Shown piece by piece: positions 1 to 9,426 of a DNA stretch of 64,000 nt (the stretch's first letter is position 1; every line of letters starts with the position of its first letter). Made by a program: the position numbers and the translations under genes. Source of the stretch: a virus (lineage: Duplodnaviria > Heunggongvirae > Uroviricota > Caudoviricetes). Below the pieces are notes generated by a model. That model did no database searches, was not told the origin of the DNA, and saw nothing but the letters and a program-made list of their open reading frames with translations. Where the stretch lies: positions 64,001 to 128,000 of the IMG/VR virus record IMGVR_UViG_2744054576_000007. One strand, given 5' to 3'.

Positions 1-23
1 AGCGATCTTGTCAAATTAATCTT

Positions 24-317
24 TTACTGGCTTTTCATTTCAGATTCATGTTTTTTCATAAACTCAATATAACACTTAAAGCATCTACCTCTTAGCCGCG
101 CCTTATTCTTACAAAATTTCATCTTACATTGATTTGGATTATATCTCATCTGTCTCGTCGATTTATATGGCATAACTCCAACTGGTATGTGAAACAAGGG
201 AAGAAATTTCAACATATCCATATAGCATTTAAGACAATATTCAGCTTCTGTATAGTCAGATATAATGTTTCCTGAACAAAATTCATTCTTACACTTACGT
301 ACAGTCATGCTGTTCAC
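24..317 (-). CDS. Cys-rich hypothetical protein with duplicated Cx4C...CxKCY module (putative zinc finger)
   Basis: CKNEFC..CLKCY and CKMKFC..CFKCY in the translation. Confidence 0.6.
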   Translation of the reverse strand: MNSMTVRKCKNEFCSGNIISDYTEAEYCLKCYMDMLKFLPLFHIPVGVMPYKSTRQMRYNPNQCKMKFCKNKARLRGRCFKCYIEFMKKHESEMKSQ

Positions 318-451
318 CTCTAAGCTGTTTATCCGTGTAGTGTATACCGAATCTCGCGACGAATCAACTTCTCTTATTAGTTTATAAGTTTGTCTAACTG
401 TAAAAAGTAAATATTCAATCGACTTAAAATTTACGTACTATTACTAATGTT

Positions 452-1282
452 CTATGTATTTTGAATTACTTCGACAACACTCTTACTATATTCTTTTTTA
501 ATCTTCTCTACTATACGGATTTGTCCTTTTGGAGTAATTTTCATTGTTTTAACCAGTTTGACCCCATATGCTGTATCTATGCTTTTTTCTTCGACAACAA
601 ACAATTTCTGATTCATTGCGTACTGAGTTGGCTCGTTCTTATAAGTTAATACAAGATTCCAATCACGTAGCTTCTGATATAATTTCTTTTCGCCAATATT
701 AATTCCTTCATCCTGTATGAGTTTGCTCATTTCTCGCACCAAAATATTATCCTTAGATTTTAGAACGGTTTCCGCAAATGTAACCAGAGGTTTATTCTCT
801 TCAATCTGCAACTGTAACTGTTTCTGCTCTTTCTTGGCTGTAAAATAAGCAATCGCGCGGTCTTCTTCTGACAAGGATAAATATTGCTGCGCTGAATTAT
901 GTATAAACGCTTCAGCTAAGACATCTTTAGCTTTTAGTTGATACTGAACTAGTTTGCTTGCTACTTCTGGTTGATTCTTTTGCATATTTGGGGTGATAGT
1001 GATTTTAGCAAGCCATAGAGGTAGAAAATCAATATCTAGTGTCAATATATCCTGCTGTCCACCATTGGTGGGGAGGACGAAATTTCGTCCCCCTTGATTC
1101 AATACTATATCTTCCTTGATCTTCTTCCGTTCTGCCTTTACTTGACCATCTGACAGTCCCACCCCTTCACAAACCCAACGTACACCCACATAAATCTTAC
1201 CATCGTTCGCTTTAATACCCAATAATTCAAACCCGTTAAACTCTACTAATTTTTGCTCTACTACTTGAACATTATTCTCCAA
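452..1282 (-). CDS. Phage antirepressor (P22_AR N-terminal-like plus KilAC/ANT C-terminal domain)
   Basis: N-terminal VEFNG..IYVGVRWVCEGVGL..LPLWLAKI; C-terminal KPLVTFAETV..ILVREMSKL..GEKKLYQKLR..ITPKGQ; SD AAAAGGAG. Confidence 0.88.
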   Translation of the reverse strand: MENNVQVVEQKLVEFNGFELLGIKANDGKIYVGVRWVCEGVGLSDGQVKAERKKIKEDIVLNQGGRNFVLPTNGGQQDILTLDIDFLPLWLAKITITPNMQKNQPEVASKLVQYQLKAKDVLAEAFIHNSAQQYLSLSEEDRAIAYFTAKKEQKQLQLQIEENKPLVTFAETVLKSKDNILVREMSKLIQDEGINIGEKKLYQKLRDWNLVLTYKNEPTQYAMNQKLFVVEEKSIDTAYGVKLVKTMKITPKGQIRIVEKIKKEYSKSVVEVIQNT

Positions 1283-1352
1283 TTACGTATTTCTCCTTTT
1301 GGATTTATGTCAGGCTATCTCACCCTGTATTTTTTCGCTGTCATAAATCTAC

Positions 1353-1583
1353 CTATTTAGTTTCTTCTTTTTCATCTTCAGTAATAATTTCTACACACAC
1401 TCCAATGCATTCGTTGCAAATACAGATGTTCTTTGCTGTCACCATTTTATCCACTTCAGATTGACCCTTACCGCAAAATGAGCAACGTAACTCACAATCT
1501 CTTTCGGGAAAAGCGATTAATTCATCATACTTCTTTGCCTTTTCCATCAACGTCATGGCTTCTTGCATAGCTTGTGGATTCAT
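1353..1583 (-). CDS. Stand-alone ClpX C4-type zinc-binding domain protein
   Basis: CSFCGKGQSEVDKMVTAKNICICNECIGVCVEII matches the ClpX N-domain; no AAA+ domain follows. Confidence 0.85.
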   Translation of the reverse strand: MNPQAMQEAMTLMEKAKKYDELIAFPERDCELRCSFCGKGQSEVDKMVTAKNICICNECIGVCVEIITEDEKEETK

Positions 1584-1638
1584 AAACCTACCACTCCTTA
1601 TGTATTTTTATATTGTAAAATTCAACTTTTATCATCAA

Positions 1639-1842
1639 TTACCAACGCATTCTTTTTATTTTTTCTTTTAATATATGCCATTTCTTGCTTTCGTCCCACA
1701 GTTTACCCTTTAATACTGCCCCTTGAAGATATGAGTTATTACTAAGATTCTCATACTCACTCTCAAAATCATCAAAGCTATTAAATTCATAGAACATCCT
1801 CGCTCCACTCATGTGCATTGTCAGTATAATTATATTGCTCAT
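1639..1842 (-). CDS. Hypothetical protein
   Basis: ORF in early operon, 4-bp overlap with upstream gene. Confidence 0.6.
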   Translation of the reverse strand: MSNIIILTMHMSGARMFYEFNSFDDFESEYENLSNNSYLQGAVLKGKLWDESKKWHILKEKIKRMRW

Positions 1843-2063
1843 TTGTTTAATCTACTCTCTTTTGTGTTTATTCTGTGGTGATGCATCATTTCGCGCATAC
1901 GATCCATTCCCACACTTTTTGTTTTCTCTGTGCTGGTAGCATATTCGACGACCCTGTTATACCCCTCTGGATCTAGATGTACTACTGTAGGACGGATTTC
2001 TTTTTCTTTATGAATCAATTTACTACTCCTTCCTATGTATTGATAAAAGTCCGTTTTTATCAT
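1839..2063 (-). CDS. Hypothetical protein
   Basis: ORF co-oriented and tightly packed after the helicase. Confidence 0.55.
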   Translation of the reverse strand: MIKTDFYQYIGRSSKLIHKEKEIRPTVVHLDPEGYNRVVEYATSTEKTKSVGMDRMREMMHHHRINTKESRLNK

Positions 2064-2090
2064 GTATATTCGAAAAAATCAACGTCGAGT

Positions 2091-4490
2091 TTACAGCATT
2101 TTTTCGTCTTTGAAGCTAACTTGGCTATCTTTTGCGTTTTTCCTTATGCCTTCCCACTGGAAACCTATCTCATCTAGTTTATCTATTCTTTCTTGTGAGA
2201 GCTTTCCATTTTTACGATATTGGCGTTGATGATGTACCCACCTTCCAAGTTTCACACCACATAACTCATATTTTTGGGGTACATCGGTTTGATTATTCTC
2301 ATATTTATATTTGCAAAGCAATTTATAATATTCATCCCATTGTGTACCTATAGGTTCCCACTGAAAGCCAATTGCATTAAGTTTATCTGTCTTTTCTTGT
2401 GATAATTCTCCCTTTGCAAATATACGACGTTGTCGTTTGACCCAATGATTAAGTCTTATTCCATTAATGATTAATTCTTTGGGAACGGTATAACCACCAT
2501 TTTCTTTTATATAATTTATATATAGTTCATAATTTCGATTCCATGATTCATTTTTTGTATCCCATACAAATCCTATATTATTAAGTTTGTCGATCCGATC
2601 TTCATCTAGTATACCTTTTTTGTAATTAACTCTTTGTAATACTGTCCAAGTCTTCACCTCTTTACTGTGTTCACCATTAGAATAACATTCAAACATTTCA
2701 TCCCATTTGGAATCCATCGGGTTCCAATTAAAATTTATAGATTTTAATTTTTTGATTTTATGTTTATCTAATAAACCATTTTTATAATTCATTCTTTGAG
2801 TGACTTCCCAAACTCTTACCTGTTCGTTTCTGTCTCCCATAGCACACCTTTGAAACATTTTATCCCACCTAGAATCAACTACATCCCAAACAAAATTGAT
2901 TTGGTTTAGCTTATCGATACGATTCTGAGATAGTTTACCTTGTTTATAACACCGTCTTTGTATTTGTTGCCATAGTCCGATTTTATGTCCATCAACTACA
3001 TAATTATTAGGTAGATTATAACAACTAAACTTTTCTTTTATGCTCCTATACAGTTCATAGTTGAAATTCCATGTATGATCGAGCATATTATTCCATATGA
3101 AACCGACACTATTTAATTGGTCAATTTTATTTTGGGTCAATTGATTTGCATTATAGAGACTTCTTTGATTGATTGCCCACCTCTTAATTTCAACACTATC
3201 TTCACCTTTACAATAACGACTAAACATTTGGCTCCAATTATTTCTTAGTTGATTTTCGATATTTTTAAACAAATTTAACCCTTCATGAATTTCATCATAT
3301 ACAATAAAATCTTCCAAATTTAATTCAATTTCACCTTCAGCACTTCGTTGCATCTCATTCTCTTTTTCTACTGCTTCTCGTAAGTCGTTACCAAATGTAC
3401 TGCCACCTAGATTGTTGAAATTATTAACGAAGTCGAATACAAAAGGCTCTTTGCTGCCAATCTGCAATGCACGTCCAATTTGCTGATAATAAATAATTGG
3501 TGATATAGTAGGTCTCAGGCAAATTACTCCATCAACATCTTCAACATGCAAGCCTTCATTTAACATATCAATAGTAAAAAGCAATCTAATACTATTATTA
3601 TTTTTATTTGAAACAAACTTTTCAATTGCTTTATTATTTTCGCTTTCAATTTTTCCTGTATAGACACTATATAAATCAACACCCTTACCTAACTTAGCCT
3701 TTTTAAACCAACCTTTAACTATACTTTGCATCTCTATTAGATGCTTTTTATTTCTACAAAACACAATAAACTTTCCTGTACTGTCGCCCAGATATTTTTT
3801 CAAGATGACAGGAATGCCTTTGCTTTTGTCTAGTTTCTTTCTTAGTTGTTCAACCTCCTTGTGTAAACTTTCCTTTTCTTCATCACTATTGCTGGATTTA
3901 TCAATCTTATCTTTTAGATTCATAATCTCTTCGTCAAATGTATACAATGCCGACACATATTTAGGCATAGGTAAAATACCTTTAACGATTGCTTCGGTCA
4001 AACTAAGATTTGTTACAACATTACCATCAAACAATTCATCGGACATGTCACGTTCATCATCTAGGTAGCGGATTGGCGTAGCAGTAGTACCCAATAATTT
4101 AACATCTGGATAAGCTGCAATAAGTTTGTTTACACCTTCTCCCCATTTTTCAGCGCCGCAACGATGAAATTCGTCCAGAACAATCATACTTACGTTCAAC
4201 TGCTGAATACCTTCCTCACTCATAAATGATAATTCAGTATAAGTTAGCAATGTTGTATTAGGTAGCTCATCTACCCTACTCGCTAACTGATTCAAGATAT
4301 GGTTAGATGGAGTCAATACAACCTTATTTACATCTGGATGAGTAAATAGGCATTTCAGTATTAGAAACGTCTTACCTGTCCCAGTAGCTTGTACAGTTGC
4401 TACACGATTCTTTGTCTTCCATGCTTCAATAATCTTGTCGTATGTTTTTTGATTATACGGATACAGTTCAATATCATGATGTGTAGTCAT
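2091..4490 (-). CDS. SF2 (DEAD/DEAH, ResIII-like) helicase with C-terminal helicase-associated (HA) repeats
   Basis: Motifs ATGTGKT, LDEFHRCG, GTTATP, MLNEGLHV, QQIGRALQ; about 6 C-terminal repeats W..(Q/N)R..Y..GKL...RIDKL..IGF.W. Confidence 0.9.
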   Translation of the reverse strand: MTTHHDIELYPYNQKTYDKIIEAWKTKNRVATVQATGTGKTFLILKCLFTHPDVNKVVLTPSNHILNQLASRVDELPNTTLLTYTELSFMSEEGIQQLNVSMIVLDEFHRCGAEKWGEGVNKLIAAYPDVKLLGTTATPIRYLDDERDMSDELFDGNVVTNLSLTEAIVKGILPMPKYVSALYTFDEEIMNLKDKIDKSSNSDEEKESLHKEVEQLRKKLDKSKGIPVILKKYLGDSTGKFIVFCRNKKHLIEMQSIVKGWFKKAKLGKGVDLYSVYTGKIESENNKAIEKFVSNKNNNSIRLLFTIDMLNEGLHVEDVDGVICLRPTISPIIYYQQIGRALQIGSKEPFVFDFVNNFNNLGGSTFGNDLREAVEKENEMQRSAEGEIELNLEDFIVYDEIHEGLNLFKNIENQLRNNWSQMFSRYCKGEDSVEIKRWAINQRSLYNANQLTQNKIDQLNSVGFIWNNMLDHTWNFNYELYRSIKEKFSCYNLPNNYVVDGHKIGLWQQIQRRCYKQGKLSQNRIDKLNQINFVWDVVDSRWDKMFQRCAMGDRNEQVRVWEVTQRMNYKNGLLDKHKIKKLKSINFNWNPMDSKWDEMFECYSNGEHSKEVKTWTVLQRVNYKKGILDEDRIDKLNNIGFVWDTKNESWNRNYELYINYIKENGGYTVPKELIINGIRLNHWVKRQRRIFAKGELSQEKTDKLNAIGFQWEPIGTQWDEYYKLLCKYKYENNQTDVPQKYELCGVKLGRWVHHQRQYRKNGKLSQERIDKLDEIGFQWEGIRKNAKDSQVSFKDEKML

Positions 4491-4516
4491 ATGTATTTAC
4501 CTCCTATTGCTTATAT

Positions 4517-4747
4517 TTATTTTCTAATTCTTTTGATTTCTATAAGAAGCGTTCCCGTTTTGTTTTCAGTCACTATCTGTTCACATCTAGAACATTTTAT
4601 ACGACCTGAAACATCCTGCTCCCACTTGTCATCATTCATACATGAACATGGGGTCTGCTTTAATGCTTTGTTCCAAATTTCATCTAACTCTTCTATATAC
4701 GTCACAGCACATTCATTCCTTTCTAATAAATTAACTGTTTTATTCAA
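4517..4747 (-). CDS. Hypothetical protein with CxC/CxxC pairs
   Basis: ORF track; TTG start overlaps the upstream stop. Confidence 0.55.
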   Translation of the reverse strand: MNKTVNLLERNECAVTYIEELDEIWNKALKQTPCSCMNDDKWEQDVSGRIKCSRCEQIVTENKTGTLLIEIKRIRK

Positions 4748-4908
4748 AGTTTTCTCTCAACTATAAACATCCTATGATTATCAATATATCCTTCAACAGT
4801 ATCACCATCATTTAATTCAAACGAGTTTTCGCGCATAAAACAAGACTTATCATCCGAGTAACGAATAATCTTGCCAAAGTACTCACTATTTTTATATGTA
4901 CCCTTCAC
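4744..4908 (-). CDS. Small hypothetical protein (54 aa, MKGTYKNSEY...), not in ORF track
   Basis: SD AAGGAGGG, GTG start, TGA overlapping the next gene's start. Confidence 0.65.
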   Translation of the reverse strand: MKGTYKNSEYFGKIIRYSDDKSCFMRENSFELNDGDTVEGYIDNHRMFIVERKL

Positions 4909-4946
4909 TGCAAATCCCTCCTTTTACAATCCTGCTTTTACAACGT

Positions 4947-5186
4947 TTATTCACCTTGAGTCTTCTTGGTCTTCTTGGGATATACATCAACATACTGCAT
5001 TGCATCTTCCCATATCGCTTGGCTAATAATTTCATTTTGCTCCAAATCTGATTTATCTTCAATTTCAGTCAGTTCAATTTCTGCTGTTCCTTCTTGTGTT
5101 GCACCAGGGTAACCAATAGACATCTCCCAATCTATATACATAAATCCATTTTCTTTTCTATATTTACGCATAATCAAAGCCTCCAT
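4947..5186 (-). CDS. Acidic hypothetical protein
   Basis: ORF track; co-oriented in early operon. Confidence 0.6.
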   Translation of the reverse strand: MEALIMRKYRKENGFMYIDWEMSIGYPGATQEGTAEIELTEIEDKSDLEQNEIISQAIWEDAMQYVDVYPKKTKKTQGE

Positions 5187-5230
5187 TTTTTTGTTAAAGC
5201 AAGGTATTGTTCAATTTGCTAATCTTCAAT

Positions 5231-5437
5231 CTATTTATGTCTTGATAATTTCCGAAGCACTCTACTGATCTGTTCTTCCTTGCATAAGCCCACCACAAGC
5301 AACTTTCCATCCGGTGTTATCTCAACTGTATTGATTTTTGTTATATACATCGTTTTCCCTTCGTAATCAATCATATCCCCATTTGATACTTTTTCGTTTA
5401 TTGTTGTTTTAAAGTTGACTGATTTGTTATCACTCAT
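5231..5437 (-). CDS. Hypothetical protein
   Basis: SD AAGGAAGGAG upstream. Confidence 0.65.
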   Translation of the reverse strand: MSDNKSVNFKTTINEKVSNGDMIDYEGKTMYITKINTVEITPDGKLLVVGLCKEEQISRVLRKLSRHK

Positions 5438-5478
5438 CTACTTTCTCCTTCCTTATCAAATGCTGTTTTTACCATATC

Positions 5479-5673
5479 TCAATTTTCTACATTGTAGCTA
5501 TCGATGAAATCCTTTGCTTCCTGCATAGAACATGCTTCCCACTCATTTGAGCGAATACCTTTGCCATAAGCCCATTCCTCTGCTGTGTACACAACAAACA
5601 ATGGCGATCCCATAGTAATATCTTGCGTTTCGTGGATTTTAAAACCTTTATACTGCTTTACTTTTGAAGCCAT
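5479..5673 (-). CDS. Hypothetical protein
   Basis: SD GGGAGG upstream. Confidence 0.7.
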   Translation of the reverse strand: MASKVKQYKGFKIHETQDITMGSPLFVVYTAEEWAYGKGIRSNEWEACSMQEAKDFIDSYNVEN

Positions 5674-5697
5674 TTTTGTTTTCCTCCCACACTATAT

Positions 5698-5913
5698 TTA
5701 TCTTTCGATTAGCCAATTGATAATGTAATTTACTTCGGTATAGTTCAAACTTTTCTTTCCTGTCTCAACCTCACCTATAAATTGGATTAGGTTGTCTTTA
5801 TCGCTTTGTGTCTTAGTTTGCTTTTTATTAATTAAAGATTTAATATAGTTAATTTGCTTTTCTGTAGCATGTTTTCCATCAGTTTGTTCGCCCTTATTTT
5901 TCAATAATATCAT
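5698..5913 (-). CDS. Hypothetical protein (ATEKQINYIKSL helix motif common in phage proteins)
   Basis: SD GGGAG upstream. Confidence 0.65.
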   Translation of the reverse strand: MILLKNKGEQTDGKHATEKQINYIKSLINKKQTKTQSDKDNLIQFIGEVETGKKSLNYTEVNYIINWLIER

Positions 5914-5943
5914 GATTCGTACAACAAACTCCCAATCTTCTCG

Positions 5944-6333
5944 CTATAAAGCATCTTGATACAAGCCGTTTAAAGTTACTTCAGACTCTTCTATTTCTTC
6001 TTTCACAATTTGAGAGTTAACTTTTGTTTGTTCTTTGATTATTTTTTTGGACTCAAGTTCATTTAAATATTTAGTAAGTCTGTCCTGTATTTGTTGTGAC
6101 TCGACTATTTTAAGTAAGTGAGACTCATTCTTGATAATAACACCAGCTCCCCCACAGCCATAGCAAGTTGATCCATCTTTAAGGTTATAGGAGTATCTTC
6201 CACTTCCTCCACAACGTTTGCAGGCTGGTGCTGCTCCAGTTGCTAATAATCGTTTAAATAGCCTCACTTTGTTCATATCTTCAACTTTCATGGCCTCAAG
6301 AATTTGCTTCTGGATTGTGGAGAATGTTTTCAT
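5944..6333 (-). CDS. Protein with DnaJ-type CxxCxGxG zinc finger
   Basis: CKRCGGSG and CYGCGGAG; SD GGAGG. Confidence 0.7.
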   Translation of the reverse strand: MKTFSTIQKQILEAMKVEDMNKVRLFKRLLATGAAPACKRCGGSGRYSYNLKDGSTCYGCGGAGVIIKNESHLLKIVESQQIQDRLTKYLNELESKKIIKEQTKVNSQIVKEEIEESEVTLNGLYQDAL

Positions 6334-6428
6334 GTCGAACCTCCGTATATTCTAAATAAAATCGTTGTTTTACCCCTTAACAATACACTGTTACTGGTTA
6401 CTATACGCCGTTACTTTTTGTTAAATAT

Positions 6429-6477
6429 ATTGTATCACAATTATTTGTTTATTACAATATTTAATTATTTTTATATG
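6429..6477 (-). promoter_or_regulatory. sigma-A-type early promoter with upstream shared motif
   Basis: TTGTAA-17-TACAAT preceded by CATATAAAAATAATTAAATA. Confidence 0.6.
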
Positions 6478-6533
6478 TCGGAATGAAACAAAAAACTGGG
6501 TAATTTACACCCAGTTAATCGTTACTAATGTAT

Positions 6534-7589
6534 TTAGTTTTTTACTTCCACTATACCGCTCTTGTCATGTGTATAGATAAGTCCTTCAGGCTTGCTATTT
6601 TCTTCAATATTGCTTGTTTTTGTTCCATTTAAAACTATTTTTCGAATTGCTTTTACACTAGTTTCTAGAGCTAATTTTTCTTTCTTGAGTTTACTTATAA
6701 TTCTATCCCTTTTAGCAAGACTTTCATCAAATGTAGCTATTTCTATATCTCTTATTTGTAAATTATGTTTTAATTCTTTTACTTCTAACTTAAGTTCATT
6801 TATTGTTGCTTCAAGTTCATTGGTATTTTTCATATTATCTAATATTCTGTTTATTTTTGTTTGAAAGGCTCCTACTAATGGGGAGTTTTGCGCTTCTTGT
6901 TTTGGTGTCTGGTCAATTACTTCAACTTCTTCATTGTGAATTTCCTCAGATTCTTTATTCAAAAACAACAAATTATTTTTATTTATATATTCGTCTATAG
7001 ATCCGTGTTTCTTAGTTACGTACAAATATTTCTGGTACACAGCGTGAGGATTTTTATTGAATGCCTTAGCAGCTTTCCTGATAGCCCCCCATTTACTATT
7101 TCCCTTACTCATTTCATCTTTCATTATGTCATTTAATTTTATTACATCATGATCAGACCATCCCCCTCTCTTTTGTTCCTCAGTTGACACTTCTTCAACT
7201 CTTAGTAAATAATCTCTAACCTTAATTGCCACCTCACTATCTCTTAACAACATTCCGACTCTTAAAATCGCTTTACGCGGTACTAGTTTAACTATAAATT
7301 GCCCAGTAGATAAGGCTTCTTTCACTTTGAAATAACCCTCATCTTTATTGTTTATCGTCTTAACACCATCTTTTTCAAACTCTGATTTATGTCTATTAAG
7401 GACATTTATAATCGTTTGATATTCAACTTCATAGTATTCAGCAACTGCTTTTACTGTCATATGTTGATTATCTGGTAACAGTGAAAGCGACTTTACCTTC
7501 TGTAATACTTCAGTTTTATTTATGTATTGATCTCTAACATTTTTATCTTCCACAAAGTTTTCTGCGTGTAATTTCAATAATGCTCCCAT
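6534..7589 (-). CDS. DNA-binding regulator: antirepressor-like N-terminus, RsfA/Myb-like helical domain, coiled coil
   Basis: MTVKAVAEYYEV..LVPRKAILRVGMLLRDSEVA; GWSDHDVIKLNDIMKDEMSKGNSKWGAIRKAAKAFNK resembles the RsfA family; C-terminal heptads. Confidence 0.55.
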   Translation of the reverse strand: MGALLKLHAENFVEDKNVRDQYINKTEVLQKVKSLSLLPDNQHMTVKAVAEYYEVEYQTIINVLNRHKSEFEKDGVKTINNKDEGYFKVKEALSTGQFIVKLVPRKAILRVGMLLRDSEVAIKVRDYLLRVEEVSTEEQKRGGWSDHDVIKLNDIMKDEMSKGNSKWGAIRKAAKAFNKNPHAVYQKYLYVTKKHGSIDEYINKNNLLFLNKESEEIHNEEVEVIDQTPKQEAQNSPLVGAFQTKINRILDNMKNTNELEATINELKLEVKELKHNLQIRDIEIATFDESLAKRDRIISKLKKEKLALETSVKAIRKIVLNGTKTSNIEENSKPEGLIYTHDKSGIVEVKN

Positions 7590-7623
7590 GTTTAATTCTC
7601 CTTTTAATTGTATATATTCATCA

Positions 7624-7800
7624 TCATTTGTACGATTCGATTAACTCTTCCAGTTTAATTATTTCAGGTTTCTGTAGAGGCTGTTTCCCATTAATAAATA
7701 GTGAGAATAATGAATTGCTGATATTCAACTTACCAGCTATAAAGGATTTTTTAATTCCTTTATCACTAATTAATTGAAGTGTTCTTTCTCTCAATGTCAT
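7624..7800 (-). CDS. Cro/XRE-like HTH protein (58 aa, MTLRERTLQLISDKGIKKSFIAGKLNISNSLFSLFINGK...), not in ORF track
   Basis: SD GAGGTG; HTH pattern; first gene after the promoter at 7848-7876. Confidence 0.8.
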   Translation of the reverse strand: MTLRERTLQLISDKGIKKSFIAGKLNISNSLFSLFINGKQPLQKPEIIKLEELIESYK

Positions 7801-7847
7801 GTGTTCACCTCGCTATTAAAATTTATTTTAATCACTTTCTATATATA

Positions 7848-7891
7848 ATACTATCACCCCTCAATTACATTGTCAATATTTAATTATATTT
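7848..7891 (-). promoter_or_regulatory. sigma-A-type early promoter with upstream shared motif
   Basis: TTGACA-17-TAGTAT preceded by ATAATTAAATA. Confidence 0.6.
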
Positions 7892-7920
7892 GTATTTTAG
7901 TTTTTTTGAACCCTATAGCA

Positions 7921-7944
7921 AAAAACTAGGCATATGCCTAGTTT
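7921..7944 (-). terminator. Intrinsic terminator / perfect palindrome
   Basis: AAACTAGGCATATGCCTAGTTT with adjacent T-tract on the minus strand. Confidence 0.6.
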
Positions 7945-7979
7945 GTAAAAGTAACATTTGACCAAGTCTCATCAAGTTG

Positions 7980-8366
7980 CTATTCCCATTCTGTGATATC
8001 AAACCAAGAAGATGGAGCAACGGTGATATCAGTTGTATTCTTCTTTTGAATAACATAGTACAATCCTTTTTGTGGGATGTAATAAGAGTCTATAACATCA
8101 TAAATTCCGTCTGGTTGAAAGTAACGAATATATACCGATTCCTCAATGTATTGAACTTTTAAGACCGTAAACCCAGATAAGAACTCAACTGCCTTTGTGT
8201 GAATTCCTCTGTCTAGCGCGCCGATCACGATGCTGGGTGAACTTTTTTTAAGTCGAATCAATTCCGAACCATCTTCGCTATGATTAAATTCCCTTCTAAA
8301 CTCCAAATAGGCGCGCACTCTTGTGTTAGGCTTTAGATTTCTCTCATTCAAAATTGTTTCAATCAT
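7980..8366 (-). CDS. Hypothetical protein
   Basis: SD GGGAGTG; 128 aa. Confidence 0.7.
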   Translation of the reverse strand: MIETILNERNLKPNTRVRAYLEFRREFNHSEDGSELIRLKKSSPSIVIGALDRGIHTKAVEFLSGFTVLKVQYIEESVYIRYFQPDGIYDVIDSYYIPQKGLYYVIQKKNTTDITVAPSSWFDITEWE

Positions 8367-8404
8367 ACATTGTCACTCCCAATCTGTTTGAAATTAAAAT
8401 TTGA

Positions 8405-8719
8405 TCAAAACTGCCCAATTTTCAATTTTCCGTCCTTTTCCATTTTCTTAATATGGGCGTTCTTTCTTCTTTTTTCTGTATAGTATTTAATTGCTTCCGC
8501 TAATTGATCTAGTTGATCTAAATTCATTTCTGATGTATTGACCTCAATGCATCTTTTATAATCGTCGTCTAGAAAGTATGTTAATGATGGGCTAACACGT
8601 AAAGAAGAATAATCATCGTCGAAAGAGTCTTTGATTTCATTCTTCTCCTCATCACTCAAGGGAAAATTTACCCACTTACCAGATCCATTTGTAATAAATG
8701 CTCTAACCTTCTTAAACAT
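8405..8719 (-). CDS. Hypothetical protein
   Basis: SD AAAGGAATGG; own promoter TTGACA-16-TATAAT at 8798-8825. Confidence 0.7.
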   Translation of the reverse strand: MFKKVRAFITNGSGKWVNFPLSDEEKNEIKDSFDDDYSSLRVSPSLTYFLDDDYKRCIEVNTSEMNLDQLDQLAEAIKYYTEKRRKNAHIKKMEKDGKLKIGQF

Positions 8720-8894
8720 AAATCACCATTCCTTTTGAGATGATATAGTAAAATAATTATCTTAATTCAATAATATGTATTTCTTTTATCTGTCTTAATT
8801 ATACCATAATATCTTTTCCTGTCAATGATATTAATTTTATTATTTTTGTTTGTAAAAAAGAAAACCAAATAAAAAAACAGCCTCGAAAGGCTGC

Positions 8895-9092
8895 CTAATT
8901 GATTACTATATGTGTTGCGTTTGCCACAGTTGCAATAGCTCCAATAAGTTTTTGCATAACACCAGACGCTATATTGGCAACGTGTTCTGAACTAGTGTCA
9001 GGATTTTGAAAAGAATAAATAGTATACCCTAGAAATAAACTAGCTCCCAAAAGAGCAAGCCAGTTTTTTATGTTCAGTCTCATATAATTCAC
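8895..9092 (-). CDS. Small membrane/secreted protein
   Basis: Hydrophobic N-terminal helix WLALLGASLFLGYTIY; hairpin terminator at 8873-8894. Confidence 0.6.
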   Translation of the reverse strand: MNYMRLNIKNWLALLGASLFLGYTIYSFQNPDTSSEHVANIASGVMQKLIGAIATVANATHIVIN

Positions 9093-9258
9093 CTATACCT
9101 TTTTCCTAATTATAACATATGGTTCATTATGATGTACAATCTATGTAAAAGACTGGTTTTATTAAAACAAAAAAGACTTCACAAAAAGAAGTCTTGAATT
9201 GAAAATGTGTTTATTAAACATAGTATTTTTCCTAAAACATACTTCATTTTTTTAAATT

Positions 9259-9396
9259 TTATTTTTTATTGCAATCTTTACAGAAGAAACATTCTTCTCC
9301 ATCATGTTCTTCAATTGTGTAATCTTCATTTTCTTTGCCTGCATGCAAATCAATTTTCATACCACAACCGGAACACTCAATATAAAATGGCCCCAT
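9259..9396 (-). CDS. Small zinc-finger protein (45 aa, MGPFYIECSGCG...CFFCKDCNKK), not in ORF track
   Basis: SD GAGGTGGG; two CxxC pairs. Confidence 0.65.
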   Translation of the reverse strand: MGPFYIECSGCGMKIDLHAGKENEDYTIEEHDGEECFFCKDCNKK

Positions 9397-9426
9397 AAGC
9401 CCACCTCGTTTCTCTATGAAAGACTG

